DNA from: Stegostoma tigrinum
Taxonomy: Eukaryota
DNA: 64,000 nt
Reading direction: 5' to 3'
Assembly: GCF_030684315.1 (NCBI RefSeq)
Contig: NC_081369.1
Span: forward strand, 44,809,598-44,873,597
Below, piece by piece: positions 25,391 to 39,899 of the stretch (position 1 is the stretch's first letter; each line of letters begins with the position of its first letter). Both the position numbers and the translations under genes were made by a program. The notes below the pieces were generated by a model. The model worked only from the letters and a program-made list of their open reading frames with translations. It searched no databases and was not told where the DNA came from.

Positions 25391-26809
25391 GAAAATATCA
25401 CTGTCTACTCAATGCTGCATGTTGCTGTGACTATAGCATTATAATGTTAACACTGCAGAAAGCTGTCATACAAGAGACTGTGAACCAAGTATTTCCATCA
25501 TATGCCTCATGTGCAATCAATGCCTGTCATTTCATATCAACTACCAATGCATCATCCTGGCTTGTACTGCCTACACACATCTTCCAGGGTTCAAATTTAC
25601 AAACATAAATGGAGCCACAACGCTAATCAGCTCATGTACCAGGCCCAGATTTCCCATCACAACCAAAAATATGGACTCTTTTCACTGAAGAGTTACTTGG
25701 TACAAGGATGCATCCACAAAAGCTTACCTTTTGAAGTTGGCCCCTTTTTGACTTCAGTCCCACTTGTCTGTTCCGGTCAAGTTTATTAGGGTCAACAAAT
25801 TCATTTGGCCAGGCTTGTTGATCTGTCCAGGCTTCGCCCTTAACAGTGTTTAACAATAAGTCACACAGTATAAACTCGAGACCTCTCGTGTGTTGATCAA
25901 CATGGACAGGCTTAGCAAAACACTGAAAGTGTTGGCACAAAGAAATGGATTGTCCATGGAGGACCAAAGCCAATGAAGAATTTTGTACCCACTGGAAGTT
26001 GGAGAAGGAGGCCTCAGCTTGGCAGGTACATATCTTTATATGGTTCAGTTTGTTAACTTATGTACTTATTATTTTTGACTAACAAGATTGCACCCTGTAC
26101 ATAATTCTAGTGTCCTGGGACATCAGTAAGTATTGATGACGCGCTACTGAATTTTGAGCATTTAGGTTCAGGAAAGATAACTGCCCTGAAAGGCTCTGGG
26201 AACTTAATAGTGAAGTTTTAACCCTCTGGTGCAGAACTGAATTGATATCTCCTCCCACCCACCCTTCTAAAAGTTCCATGTGAGCCCAGAAGGTGTCACC
26301 CATGAGACCTGGGCATGTCTCTCACCGATGAGCTGTTGACCTCATTACATCGGTTACTGTGAGCCCAATTCCACTCACCATCAATCTATTACTTCATCAG
26401 TCCAACTGCCGACATACATATACACAAAACCTCTGCATTGTAGGTGTGGAAGTTACCACAGGCTTTAATTTAGGTGTATTGACTAATACCACGTGAATCT
26501 CACCTTGTCATGTCCTGCAATTTTCACAAGACCTGCTTTTGAACCTTTTCACTCTAAAGTTTGGTTGATGAACATTTGGAAATTCAGGGACATTTCATCC
26601 TTATTGGTAATGTGGCTTATTTGAGACTCATGTTGCAGCTACTGCTGCTTGATGATGAACTGATGGAAACTGATCACTTTCGCATTGAAGCCTCTTGGCA
26701 GTCTCTGAGTGAGCCTGGTCCTTTTTCACAACAGTAATCTGCTTCATTCACACTAACTAGCTGTTGGTCTGAACTCTCTGTTATACTCAGTGTTTGATTT
26801 AGCCTGCTT

Positions 26810-27435
26810 AAGTGTTACATATCTTCATTTCAAAGGGAACGGAGTATGAAAGTCATGTGGTTTTGCTAAATCTCTACAATTATACTTGCCAGAACACAGC
26901 TGAAAAATGTGAACAATTTTGGGCCCCTTGTCTAAGGAAATATATAATGGCATTGGAGTCAGTCTGGAGAAGGTTTGGGAGTCTGATATCAGGGATGGAG
27001 GGGATGTGTCATGAGAACAAGATGACAAGGTCAGGCCTGCAGTTGTTTGAATATAAAAGAATGAGAGATGACCATATCAAAACATACAAGATTCTCAGTA
27101 GAACTGACAGGGTAGATGCAGAAAGGATTTTTCCTGTTTCCTGAGACACTGGGACCAGATGGAATAGTCTCAAAATTAGGGTTCACACATTTAAGACACA
27201 GACGAGGAGCACTTTCTTCTCTCAGAGGGTAGTGGATCTGTGGAATTCTTTACCATAGACGACTGTTGAGGCTCAGTCATTATATACATTCAAGGCAGAG
27301 ATAGACAGATTTTTAATCAGTGAGGGAATCAAGGGTTACGGAGAAAAGACAGGAAAGTGGAGTTGGCAATTATCAGATCAGCAATAATCTCACTTAACAG
27401 AGGAATGGCCTACTTCTGCTCCTAAGTCTTATGGT
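26810..27435 (+). mobile_element. CR1 LINE 3' fragment
   Basis: ORF 26812..27144 reads CEQFWAPCLRKYIMALESV..RDDHIKTYKIL..DRVDAERIFP; a CR1 3' UTR follows. Confidence 0.9.
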
Positions 27436-27699
27436 ATTATGTACACATTACACTTCCGACAACAATGTAATCATTGCAATAGTTTTATTTAGGAACTCAG
27501 TCCAGCACATGCTTCTCGAGATAAAACTAATGGGTGACCACTATTCTCTTGTCACATTTAGTCCGGGCATTTTCTGCAAGGTGATTCCTTCTTCTTCCAA
27601 TCTCTTCCAATTTTTCATGTGTATTCTTTCAATGCAACACAATTATTTGATGGGTTAACATAAGTTATGACTTTTAGCTTGAAAGCATCGTCACACTTC

Positions 27700-27885
27700 A
27701 TTCTTTACATTGGGAGGATCCATTGCTCTTTGTCACTCTAACAACACTGTGGGTGTAACTACAGCATGTGAACAGCAAAAGTTCCAAAAAGCAGCTCACA
27801 AGCACTTTATCTGGGGCATAGGGAGATGGGCACTAAATGATGGCCAAGCCAGTCATGCCCACATACCATAAGTGAATAACAAAAC
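27700..27885 (+). mobile_element. Decayed 3' tail of the second LINE family
   Basis: gatgggcactaaatgatggccaagccagtcatgcccacatacc..gtgaataacaaaa. Confidence 0.6.
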
Positions 27886-30800
27886 TCATCATACGATGTG
27901 GGATTTACAGTGTGGAGTTTGTCATAAACTCCCATATGTCTTCCTCATAGTAACACCTGCATCATCTTGTTTCCGTGTGCTGACTCACAACATAAGATAA
28001 GCAAAATTTGCATTTCTGAGGAGCAAAATTGAGGCTGATGACTAATGAGAGCACAGTACATCATTGATGAAAAGAGATGATTGATTTATATACCAACTAT
28101 ATACAAAAGCCTGGTTTTAGGTGGCAAAATACTGAATGGTCTTACACTTTGTCTATTTATATGCTGTTACCTACAGTATGTAGGAAAAATAAATAAATCT
28201 ATTTTAGTGCTCAATTAATGTGCAGAATCTAGAATTTCTTGAAATATCCTGCACATTAGAGCCTCACTCATATCCACTTTCTTAGTCATTCATCAAAATT
28301 TAAAAACAACAAAGCTTTTCATGATCTATTTTCTTATTTGTGTTTCATCTCCTTTTGTTGGTGAACAGTCACGTCATAGTCTAGCTTTATAATAAAAGCA
28401 AGACCACAAAGGAATTCTTGATTATCATTTTTTTCTGGTGCACCTCAGGCCTCTCCTATGATGGTAGATAATTGAGTCCTGCTGCAGCAACTGAGAACGA
28501 AAGAGTCAAAAAGTGGGAAAGGAAAAGTGAGGGAAAGCATGCATAATCATTCACCTCCTGAGACCTGTGTTTGAATAGATCAGACTATGAGAATTTGAGC
28601 AGTAAAAGATATGCTTCTGTCAATGTGTTCATGCAAGGTTTCAGGCAAGAACAAAGGGAACAGCTACCGTGTGTTTAGCCTATGTTACACCTGAACTGAA
28701 AGTGTTTCCTGCTCACAGTGAGTAAAACATGGCAACATACTCTATTCTCCATTACAGACATGCTTTACCTTGATAATTACTGAGAAGACAAAAAGTGAAT
28801 AACCTAAGGTAGTAAATAGTATTCATAACATGAACCCTTCGGTGCAATTTCCTTTTACTTACGATGAAGAAGTGGATTATGATATGTTCTTTGCAATATC
28901 GTACCCAAATGGTTATACATTTTCTCATGATACATCACCAAAGGCTTTCCAATACATGTTTTTCTTTGAGTACAGACGATGCTTTACATCATGTAGTTAC
29001 TGCGATAATTTATGTATTTGACTGAAATGTAAGATGGTGATTTTATGATGACAACACCCTGGTATATTAATTTAAAACATTTGCTGCAAATAAAAAGTGA
29101 AGCTGTTAACCCTGAAAGCATTGGCGACTTATTTAAGATGGTGTGACATAAGTTAATGTTGAAAACAAAATATAGATAATACGTAAAAAAAAGGACAGGA
29201 AGTGAACATTTATCCTTCAAACCATGTTTCATTGCCAACTATACTCACTTAAAATTGTACGAGCATTACACTGTGTTCTTTCAAAGTAATTTGTCCCAGA
29301 AATTAATCACTGCAAAGATTTGATAGGCTGGAAATTGTTGCAAGCTGTGTTTGTTTTAGAATACAGCAAAGTTTTAGTAAGAAGCATTGATCAATAAGCA
29401 TATCACTCACACGATTTATCAGCACAAGAGCAAAATAGAACCAAACAGAATCCAATACAGACAGGAAGAAACATAAAGGAAATAACATCAAAGAAAAGAA
29501 GGCCCTTTCTGTTATTTTCACAAGAAGATAATGGCAAGAATGCCTTAAAATTAGTTGACAATTCATTAATTTGCCATATATACAGAAACTTAATGTATAA
29601 CAAAATTCTGGTTAAATTCTCAATGAAGGCAGTCATATTTATAGCAAATGATGGAATTGTTCTTTGTTTTGTAATTATTCCTGGTAATTATTGCATTAAT
29701 TGATTAAATGCCTTAATAAAATGATGACTAATAACACAGTGATGAAAAATGAAAAACAGAATAATGAGAATTCAGCTGGTAACATCTACTATTAGTAAAT
29801 ATAGCAATATTCTCCTGTTATGATTGTAATGAAGGAGTATCAAATTATGAACAGTGAAAGTCAAACTTTTAATTTTTTTCTGTGTTGTTAGCTCATGATA
29901 TTTTAGTTTCTTTCGTTTCATCGACTGATTTCCATAATAAAATAACAAATTTAGTCAAAATTAAGGCACATTGTTTTGTACGCATATTATAATTATCATT
30001 CTAATGTTCAGACACTTCTATAAAAACCAATTTTAAATGCTTTAATGAATTTTCTGATTTTAAATACTTACTTTAGTTTTTGGCAGAAGGAAGTGATTCC
30101 TGATATTACATATTATAGAGCAAGTATGTCTGGCATAAATCTCAATTTAATTCCATTGATTTCAACTTCAAATATGTATATGTATACTGTATGTATAACC
30201 ATTTATGGGTTTGCCTTTTAAATGTAAAAAGTGCCAGCCAGTTGCCACCAAGTGAGAATCAGCTAAAAGAAAACCATTAGGTCTAAAAATATGGAAAATG
30301 ATAACTCATTCCTCACATGTATAAAGAATTGCAAGAAAAAAAAATGGATTCTTCTGGTGTTCCCGCCAAAACCATCCCCTGTCAGTTTTTTGATCAAAGC
30401 AGAAAATTTAGCACCATCTTCTGAGTAAGGTCTGATCCAATTTAACAGCAGGTCACAGTTAGAGGCCTCAAGCCACTAATGTAACCCAGATTTAGCTGTG
30501 CATTTGGTTCATGAGCTTTTTTCAAAAAAATCTGCAATGTGCCCAGTTAAAGCACTTCTCAACTGGACTAATCTTCTATTTTATTTCAATGAACAAAAAG
30601 GTTATGCTGTGAAAACAAAAGCATTAATTACTTCCAAATTATGTTTCCAAGTTTTGTTTTTAAGTTAAGGAAAGGTCATAAAGCATTTTTGTTCCAAAAA
30701 TATTAATCACAATTTTCTCTAATAATCTGCAGACATAAATTTCAAATTTTAAATAGTTTCTTTAATAAATAACTTAATTTGCTACATAAATTTTTCTTCT

Positions 30801-33800
30801 ATTAACATTTTGAAAATTTAGTCTCCAAGGCATAGTTATTTCTGCAAGTACAAAAGGACTTTTTACAGTGTACAAAAGCTAAAATGAGTGCATTTAATAT
30901 TAAATAAACAAGAACATATTAAATTGAACTATAAGTAACCATAGTTTAATAGGTTCAGTGAATTAATTTTAGTGAATATGTAGCTTAGAATAATTTGCCT
31001 AATTGAAACACAACAATATTATTCTTGAATCACAACATAAAACAGACTGTGACTCTCAGGCTATATGCATTCAGTTATTCAGAAGAAACATAAATCTCTC
31101 ACGTAAGCTAAAAGAAACGTTAAATTCCAAAAAATATATAACACCAACAAAAGCGTCTTGCCAAAGAATTTTATTTCCAACAACTACTGCGCATATTTAA
31201 AATTGGCAAGGATTTTAGTGGCAGACTTCAAAACTGAAGAGACATTAAATAATCTTACAGTAAGAGCACCAAAAGAAATCCTATGGCTTCACACATAATT
31301 TGAAACATATGAGTGCATGTCTGCATTCATTAAAAAAACTTCAGTGTTTTGATCGATAAGCTTTATTTTAATTACACTAGTAAATTCATCTTTAGTATGC
31401 TTCACTACAGTCCTCATTTAAAATAGAGGAGAATTAATGTGAGCAGTTAAGGCACTTGAAACTTTTAAGTTTTCCCTTGTGCTTTTAAACAAAGACTGCT
31501 TCAGAACGAGACACTTTCAAAACTGGGAAAAAAAAAGATTTGAAACAGAAGTTCAAGCAATTCCAATCATTAAACACATGTTATTTTGTACAAGTCAAGG
31601 CACTTGGTGAATGTTCAGGTATTATTTCAACAAACTGATGTTTTAAATAACCAAGTCAAATCCTTAATAATACAACTTGTTTTGAAAAAAATGTATTCAT
31701 ACAAAAAATGTCTGAACAAAAGATATCCACAATACAGTTAGATAGCAGTCTTTTTATTAGCTCTGCACTACACTTGAAATTGATGTTTGATTAAATCTTC
31801 TATTCAGGTGACTTTACACAGCTAGTCTCAAGGGTTTAAACCTGAAATGGTATACTCTGAACAATCATAGAGGAAATTATAAAAGCACGTGTGTGTTCAC
31901 AAACATATAATAGTTTTCTCACTAGTATTTTTGCGTGAAATTGCAGCAAAATCGAGTACTTTCATTTTTAAAAAAATTTCCCTAATTCCTGTTTGATGGT
32001 TGGTGACAGTTGAATTCTCAAAGTGGACTTCAAACTAAACTTTAACAACAGTAAATGATGTAAAGAAAAAGCTCACTATCACCAAAAACAAAAGGTGGGA
32101 TGTTCCCATTCAGATCACATTCCTTCAGGTTCTCTTCCTTAACAAGTGCTGTAGCCAACACTATTTACCACAAGCCAGACATTCCAGAAACAGTAATCTG
32201 AAAACCGTTTCAGGTAATAAGTTAAGTACATGTAATTTGTATATATTTTATCTGTTTTTTTTTCTATTTGACAAAGGACACAAAAGAAGCAGTTCCTGGT
32301 GGCTTGGGAGATTTATACGCCAAAATACTGTGCAATGAATTGTTTAGGTCAAAGATCATACACACTGGCAAAAATGAAAGAATAAAAAGTACCCTTGACA
32401 AAATGTATCATAGTACTGTTTCTATATTCTATAAGAAAATGTTTCATCAGTTAAAACTCAAGGAAAGCATTTTTAAAGGCTGCTTCTACAACCGAGATAT
32501 TTTTCATTTTTTCTGCAGCACAGAGATGTTAAACATTTTAAAGTAACAATTTGTGATTTAGAGTACTTCTGATGTTGTCTTCTCAAGTCCCTTAGGAAGA
32601 ACTGTGCACAACATGTCACAAAGCTTCACTTTAGAACAATAAATAAATAAATAAATTCACTGAAACCTAACAGTAGCCAGACAACTGTAGCATAAGTAAT
32701 TTAAAAGGGTAAGAGATGCCAGATAAATTTGATTACAATAAAAGATGGGGGTATTTTTTTTCTCCTCAGAGAATTGACAGAAATGGACAGAAAACAAAAA
32801 AGCAAGGCAGAGCGAATGATTTCATTTTGTCTTCAATTCCAGACAAAATGCACAAGTAATTTTGACTGAGCATTTTATCACAATTTGACACATTTTCCAT
32901 ATGTCCTAATCATTAATTTCAGAAAGAAACCTGGCCTGAGATGATAATTTTTTTTCGTACCAGCAGAAAATTTGTGAATCCATTCCAAAGTCAAGCCTAC
33001 CGCTGCGAGTATGATTTGCTAAAAGCAGCTAACGGCATACTCCGAAACCCAGCAGGGCCACTTGCAAGCAGCCCCTGATTAGCAGCTTAACAGACGCAGG
33101 AGCTGGGAAAATGCATTCCTCTTTCACCTGCAGCCTAGACTTGGCTCCCTCACTGAATACAGTGGCCAGCAAAGCCTTGCATCCATCAAGGAAATTTTGT
33201 TAAAAAAAATGCTCTCAACATTTTCAAAGGTTTACCTTGACGTGAGATTTTATTCTATGTGCTTTGCAGCTGCATTTCTGAAACAGCAAAGAAAATTTTG
33301 CCCCTCACACTCAGATCCAAAGAAGAGTGACTTCCTTCCTCATTTTAGGTAACATAGTATATAAGATGAAATAAATAAAACACCTTCATTTTGGGCAATT
33401 GAAAGCTGCGTGAATGCAATTCTATTCAAAGCATCATTTTTCCATTATTTCAGTTTTGAGCACAATTCCTATTATTATATGAAAATGATGAATTCCCGTA
33501 ATGCTTTATTTATTATGCTGAAAGAAAATCAAAACAAGACTTGAAAGAGAAAGCTGATCTTCTGCATTTTTCGATGGTGAATAATTGTAAATATCATTTG
33601 AAACTTTTCTATTTGTTAGGAAAGCACTACACAGGGAATAGTCAAGTTTAGTGTTTATAATTCCTCTTTTTATGAAAAATTTCAGCATTCTTTCTTCCAA
33701 ATAAATGTTATAAGCTGTAGATAAAGGTATAAGTGTACCTAATTCACACATCGTACGATGCTACCAATATCCATTATTCTTATCTGCTTTTAAGCATTCC

Positions 33801-36479
33801 AATGAAGTATCTTTGCTAGATGAAATATTTATACTGTGTCATGTTTAATTCTATGGCCTGCCACACAAAATATGTTGTTTGTATATTGGAACCCAGCCCT
33901 GTGCTTCATGATTGCACTCAAACAGCAAATGCAACTTTATCAAATAAAAACAATAAACAACAATATTTGAATATCTCATATATTACTATAATAAAATAAC
34001 TTAGCAGAGATTTATTACAAGGAGAGAAAGCAATGATCAAACTTTCATGATAAAAATACCCTATGACTAGTATTCTATCACTTATTCTCAGCTTTTGTCC
34101 ATCCTTTTCAAGATGCTGAATGATAAGAACACTGTCACCTTGCCAGATTTGCTGCTTATTAGCAGATTAATGGGAACATCTGCTCGTGAGAACATCCATC
34201 TAATGGCAACCAATCATTTTTCTATACATTGCATAGCACCTACAGAATTAGATAAAAAGGAAACATTTTGTTTGCTATAGGATGTTCACTATGAATAGAC
34301 TTCTGGAGGGCTAACTTTCTAAAACATAGACCAGTTTAAACACTCTTCTGTTGAGGTTAGGCATTCATTCATTTTATGATGCGTTTCATTTTTATGGTCA
34401 CAGTCTTTATCAGCACACTGCATCCTCATTGTAATGACCTTTTGTTTTCCCCTCTTGTACCCCAGTATCACACTTTTTCACATTGCATTTTCCATCTTTG
34501 TAAGTACACTTTAAGTGCATCAAGTTATTTATGACACATGGCTTGGTTAGGTACTCTTCCAAATCGAAGAAAATTGCATTGAATTATTAACAAAGAGAAA
34601 ACACAAAGTACTACCCGCAACATACCATGTCAAGCCAGTTGATTAACTGCAAGCTACAGACAGATTGGCTACTTATTTTATTTTACAGAAAAATAAATAA
34701 GCTACCGACCACCATGTTACTTTGTGCTGGAATGCTTTCTGGTATGAGGTACAAAAACTAAAAATAATATTTTGCAAGATGTTAGAATAAAATAAATATT
34801 GAAAATTTATCTTCATACTATTAGTTGATTAATTGTCATTAATTATCTGAATAAGGAGAGAATTATTTAGTGTAATATTAAACACACTACTCAACCTCAA
34901 AATCATCAATAAAATCTGGCCCATCTTCTAATGTGAGATAAATTATTTCATATTCAAGAGAGGATTGGTTGACTGAACTTAAACTTTACTAAGAATCAGT
35001 TCTCATCTTTCTCAAACAGAATGAATACTGTTATTCATATTTAAAGGTAGTGTTGTTTTTAGTTAAAGTAGGTCTTGTTACCTGTGGCTTACTATTTAGG
35101 GCAACACAAGCAAATCAACCATTACAAATTTATCCACAGGTGGAAGGAACACATTAATGAATGACACATTTCTATTGAAACCCGCTTGAAACATTGTGTT
35201 TTCTCACCATTTAGCCTTTTACATCTTCCCACTCCTATATATTACAATGTCGATCGATACCTCCAGACAATGGTTTGATTTGTGCAATAATAGATCTATT
35301 ACAATGAATACCCGACATGAAATGGCTAATACTTAGCAAATTTGGCCCTGCCTGCTCATTATATTTCTTTAAAGTGATGCATTGCAAATTACAGTTTTAA
35401 TGTTGTTAAATACTAGACAGGATGGCACTCTGCAACATGCTACACAGGAAATTCAACACGCTAAGGTTAAAGCTAATGGGACATCTTATCACTTCCATCA
35501 CCATCTCTTTTTATTGGATTATTAAAGAATCAATCATATGAAAATCCCTGCTGCAGAATATCAAACTCTTAACATCTGTGTTTCAAAGAACTTTATTTAA
35601 AATACATAATAACATCCTGGTGTGTATTTTATTGTAAAAATTCTCTTAAATGCCAGCATTACCTTCAATCCTAGCCACAGGTTCCCGAAGGAAGCCTCTT
35701 GCATAAGTAGGTGATGTCCTGCATTCAGAGTATGTTACTCAGAAAAGTTAGACAAGCCACCAGGAGACTTACTGGATTTCCTGTAATTGTCATTCTGTAA
35801 AATTACAATTGTGCAGCAAAATTTCTGTGCACATACTATGTTTCTAAATTTTAATGAAAAGCACATTAAACAGTTAAGACTAATACCTTCAGAGACGAAA
35901 TTTAATACATCAACTTGCACTCAGAAATTCTTGTGAAAATATATGATTTATCAGATTTTATTCGTACATTGAGGAATTTTTTCAGAATTTTTCTACAATT
36001 TCAAAACTACGGGCCAATATATACTCAGTGACACAAACCAGTATGTACATCGTCTCTATTAAATCCTAAAAATGCTACTATCATCTTACCGAAACACGTG
36101 AATACAAAGTTTTCAATGTAAATACGTTTTAAGAGTCAAGTATCTGTTTCCTGATTATGTTTCACTTCTTCATTGTGTGTTTCATACCACGTTATCTTGT
36201 AGGCCAATGACTATTATGTAGATTTCATCATGATTGACAAGAAAGATAATGCAAAAATTGAATGGGAGTGCATGTTTTCAAAACTGGGCATGAACCCAAG
36301 CAACAGATAATATGTTGTTTTCTAATGGCAGATGCATTATTTTATATAGCACTCACTACATTATTGCACAGTTCTGTGGTGGTGTCTTTGGAGTTCTATG
36401 GGTGGGGTTTGCTTTTGATGGAAAACATGGTTCATATCTGTAAAACAGAATGATTCATGGTTTAGTATACTGTTTTAGG

Positions 36480-37790
36480 GTGGAGATTAGAAAGAATGGA
36501 AAAAGAAATGATTGGTTTCAGTTAGACCTGAAAATGGAAGAATAAAGCAACAGAACAGAAGCTACAATGTAGCAAACAAAACTAAAGGAAAGGCGGATGA
36601 GAAGAATTTGTGATGCCAGAGTAAAGCAAAATGTCTCAACTGGGAAGCAAGACTAAGACCAGGAAAAACACACAGAAGTATATAATTAATTGGTTGATAT
36701 AAACGAGCCTGGACAGAAAGAGTGAAATAAAAGCATCGAAGGGTTCCCAGAATAAAAACAATTAAAATGGGAACCGCACCAAGCCAGGTGCTAAAAAAAG
36801 GACTACCAGAAGAATGGAATATGCAAATAGTAATGAAACAACAGATGTAAGTAGAGCAGAATAGATCAAAAGGTGAGATCATTGGAAAGCATGTAAAACG
36901 AAGGATTTTAATGACACTCCATGAGAGAATTCTATTCAATATGCAGTTTCTGAAGAAATAAAGTATTACAGCGCTAAAAAGAGTGAGAGCTTTACACAAG
37001 GATAAAGACAAATTAAGGATGCTCGAGAGGAAGAAGAATAACAACTAACCAAACATACGGGGAGCAACCTCATTGAGTGTATGTCTAGACATTCAATATC
37101 CAGAAATACTAAGGAATATGTATCCAACCATAGCAGCAGCATATTGAACCAAGATAGAAGTGTGGTAACAAGGTGCAGAGCTGGATGAACACAGCAGGCC
37201 AAGCAGCATGAGAGGAGCTGTTCATCCAGCTCTACACCTTGTTATCTCAGATTGTCCAGCATCTGCAGTTCCTACTATCTCTAGAAATGTGGTAAAGCAG
37301 TTAAACCAACAAAGAGTGAAGTAGCCAGGAAACATTGGGCTTAAAAAGAATATTGGAGAAGATCAGCCTCGAAAGAACATGAAAAATATCACTTGCAATG
37401 GTTTGAAGAATATAAGGAATAAATGGTGCAGTTGTCAGCTCTCAAGTGATACACATTCAGAGGTTTGGAATATGCACAAAGGCCACAGAATTGTACACTC
37501 TCGGGGTTCAGGTGAAGGATCCAAGCTCCAAGAAAAAAGCAAAAAGTTAGCAAATGGTTTGGGAGAAAAGGGGAGGTTTCCACAGGTGAAAGTAATATTT
37601 TGTACTGTGAGAAGAAATAATTAAATAATCTTTCACAAGTATCAATGGCACAGAGCGGTTGAATTTTTAAAAAGAATTCTTTAAGGTACATCATATCTTA
37701 AACTTTGAACAAATATGGGGTACCTAAAGTTAATTTTGAGGGATTTAATTGATGATTTCATTATAGGTGGGAATGTTTTGAGATGGTAGC
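36480..37790 (+). mobile_element. Very old CR1-like ORF2 remnant
   Basis: Purine-rich tract with faint, correctly ordered motifs: YNVA.., HGF-like at ~37555, F.KVHH at ~37680 and DD..IGG at ~37750. Confidence 0.4.
37166..37282. mobile_element. PLE family A hairpin mini-insertion with 14-bp TSD (1 mismatch)
   Basis: TSD tagaagtgtggtaa at 37155-37168 and tagaaatgtggtaa at 37282-37295. Short terminus on the left, long on the right. Confidence 0.9.
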
Positions 37791-38729
37791 ATTCTGATTG
37801 TCAGTCTTGATGAGCCCCTGTGGAAACTATGTCAATGTGCTTCACCTGCCACAAAATCTCCATGTACTTAATCTCCTATATCATTGCTCACGGCAAACAA
37901 GATGATGTGACAGTCTTATGTGAATGATTTGGAGTTATAATTTGTTGAGAGAATAAATCTAACATCATCTGCTGCAAGGGCTGCCCTTGCCTTTACTCTT
38001 TGCATCATTTTGCATCACAAGTTGCCAGAGGCGCAAGCAGATAACAGCACAACAAGGATAAACAGGCTTAAGCAAATATTTACAAAATCTACAATAGCTC
38101 CAAAGCATCTTTCTTTCATCACTTCACATCAACTCTAAGACCTGGACTGTGAGGCAGTGTAAAATCAGGTGGAAAGGTACAGAATGCTACGCCTCTTGGC
38201 TTCACACTATTTTTGTCATTTGTGCAAGGCCCACCTGCTCCTGGGCCCAACTGAGATGAATGGACACCTTGCCATGTGAAGACACCACCCAGAAGGAAAA
38301 TGAGAATTTCCCTGCAGACTCTGCTGAAGCAACTCTGTTAATTCAGAGTTCATTTGTGAGGCCCAAAAATGGTAAGGGCTACCCTGCTAGAAGACCCTGC
38401 TTGTCTTCATGATCAACACCTCTCCCCTTGTTGGTACCTGCCTAATCAGTCTCAGTGATCCCTGGCTCCACTTGTTGGACTCAATGGCAGCTACATAGAG
38501 GCAAGGCTGAAACCTCAGCTCCCAGTCTTAACTGCCAGGTCTCTGGTTGGCTAGTGAAAGCAAGACACCCTGTCTTAGAGGGGTGGACACTGGCAAATTA
38601 ACTCCCCAGGGACTAGTTTCTTTGGCCACTTGAGAAGGGATTGTCCTGATTCTCCATATAGTGGCTGAGGCCACTTCTGCTCTGTAAATCCCAGGCTAAT
38701 TCTCTGCGACATATTTAGTTTAGCATCAT

Positions 38730-39385
38730 CTTTTTATTTTATTCATTCACAAGATGAGGGTGTCACTGGCTAGGCCAGCATTTATTGTTCATCTTGTCCA
38801 GTTAAGAAGCACCTATATTGCTGTGGGTCTGGAGTCACAGTGGCTCAGTGGTTAGCACTGCAGCCTCACAGCACCAGGGACCCAGGTTCAATTCCAGCCT
38901 CGGACGACTGTCTGTGTGGAATTTGCACATTCTCCCTGTGTCTGCGTGGGTTTCCTCCGGGTGCTCCAGTTTCCTCCCACAGCCCAAAGATGTGCAGGCT
39001 AGGTGGATTGGCCATGCTAAATTGCCCATAGTGTTCAGGGGTTTGTGGGATATAGGGGGATAGGTCTGAGTGGGATGCTTCAAGAGGCTGTGTGGACTTG
39101 TTGGGCCAAAGGGCCTATTTCCACACTGTAGGTAATCTAATCTACTGTTAGACTAGGCAAGGATGGCAGTTTCCTTCCTTAAAGAACATTAGTGAATCAG
39201 ATGGGTTTTTCTGACAGTTGACAATGGATTCTTGGTCATTATTAGACTCTAAATTCCAGATTTTCTTTTTATTCAATCAAAATTCCACCATCTGCCATGG
39301 CAGGATTCAAACCTGGGTCCCCAGAAGATCATCTGGGTCTCTGGATTAACAGTCCAGCAGTGATACTACAAAGCCATCACCTCCC
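38730..39385 (-). mobile_element. tRNA-derived SINE (non-HE1) whose tail matches the second LINE family; interrupted by an HE1 copy
   Basis: On the minus strand: head GGGAGGTGATGGC..GGTTTGAATCC, body TTCACTAATG..AGGAAGGAAACTGCCATCCTT..GTGACTCCAGACCCACAGCAAT, tail AATAAATGCTGGCCTAGCCAGTGAC..GAATGAATAAAA. Confidence 0.75.
38836..39143 (+). mobile_element. HE1-like V-SINE nested in another SINE
   Basis: Head, V-domain (tggaatttgcacattctccctgtgtctgcgtgggtttcctccgggtgctcc) and tail ending taatctaatcta. Confidence 0.93.
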
Positions 39386-39899
39386 TATCATTGCACCAAA
39401 ACAACAACTTCATGATGTCCAAAGATCTGCAAGGTAGCAGTGAGCTGCCATTTTTATGAAGGTGACAGCTGAGCAGCAGTTCTGGGGAAGCATGTTTTCA
39501 ATCCCCATGTCAAAACACTCACTTGCCTTTGCCTGACATTGCCAGTAGTAATTGTATATTCTTAATGGTAGCCACCACTGGCCCACCCACTACTTTAACA
39601 GCAAATAATATGCCATGGCGATAGAAAGTAAGGTAGCTAAACAATAGCAAAGTTACTTATTGATTGGCTCAATAAGAAATATCTAATAAATGTTTTGTGT
39701 TTTAAATGCTTTACAAGTGTGATACTTGCCACACACAAGCCTTGTGTATGAGCTTGACACAGCTGCTTTTCATTCAAATGTGTCACAGAATATAATGGCA
39801 ACACAAAAAAAAACCTTCTCATTTTAAATGAAAAATGATATTAAAAACACAAATCAAAATTCCAAGCAGAAAGTTGAAGACATTTGTTGAACAGTGCAT

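Noticed and set aside
35663-35718. Possible 56-nt minus-strand exon (AG..GTAATG)
   Set aside because: Poor polypyrimidine tract and no recognisable peptide.
36562-37044. 160-aa hydrophobic ORF as a membrane protein
   Set aside because: It is the antisense of an A-rich decayed LINE tract; the F/L/I bias is compositional.
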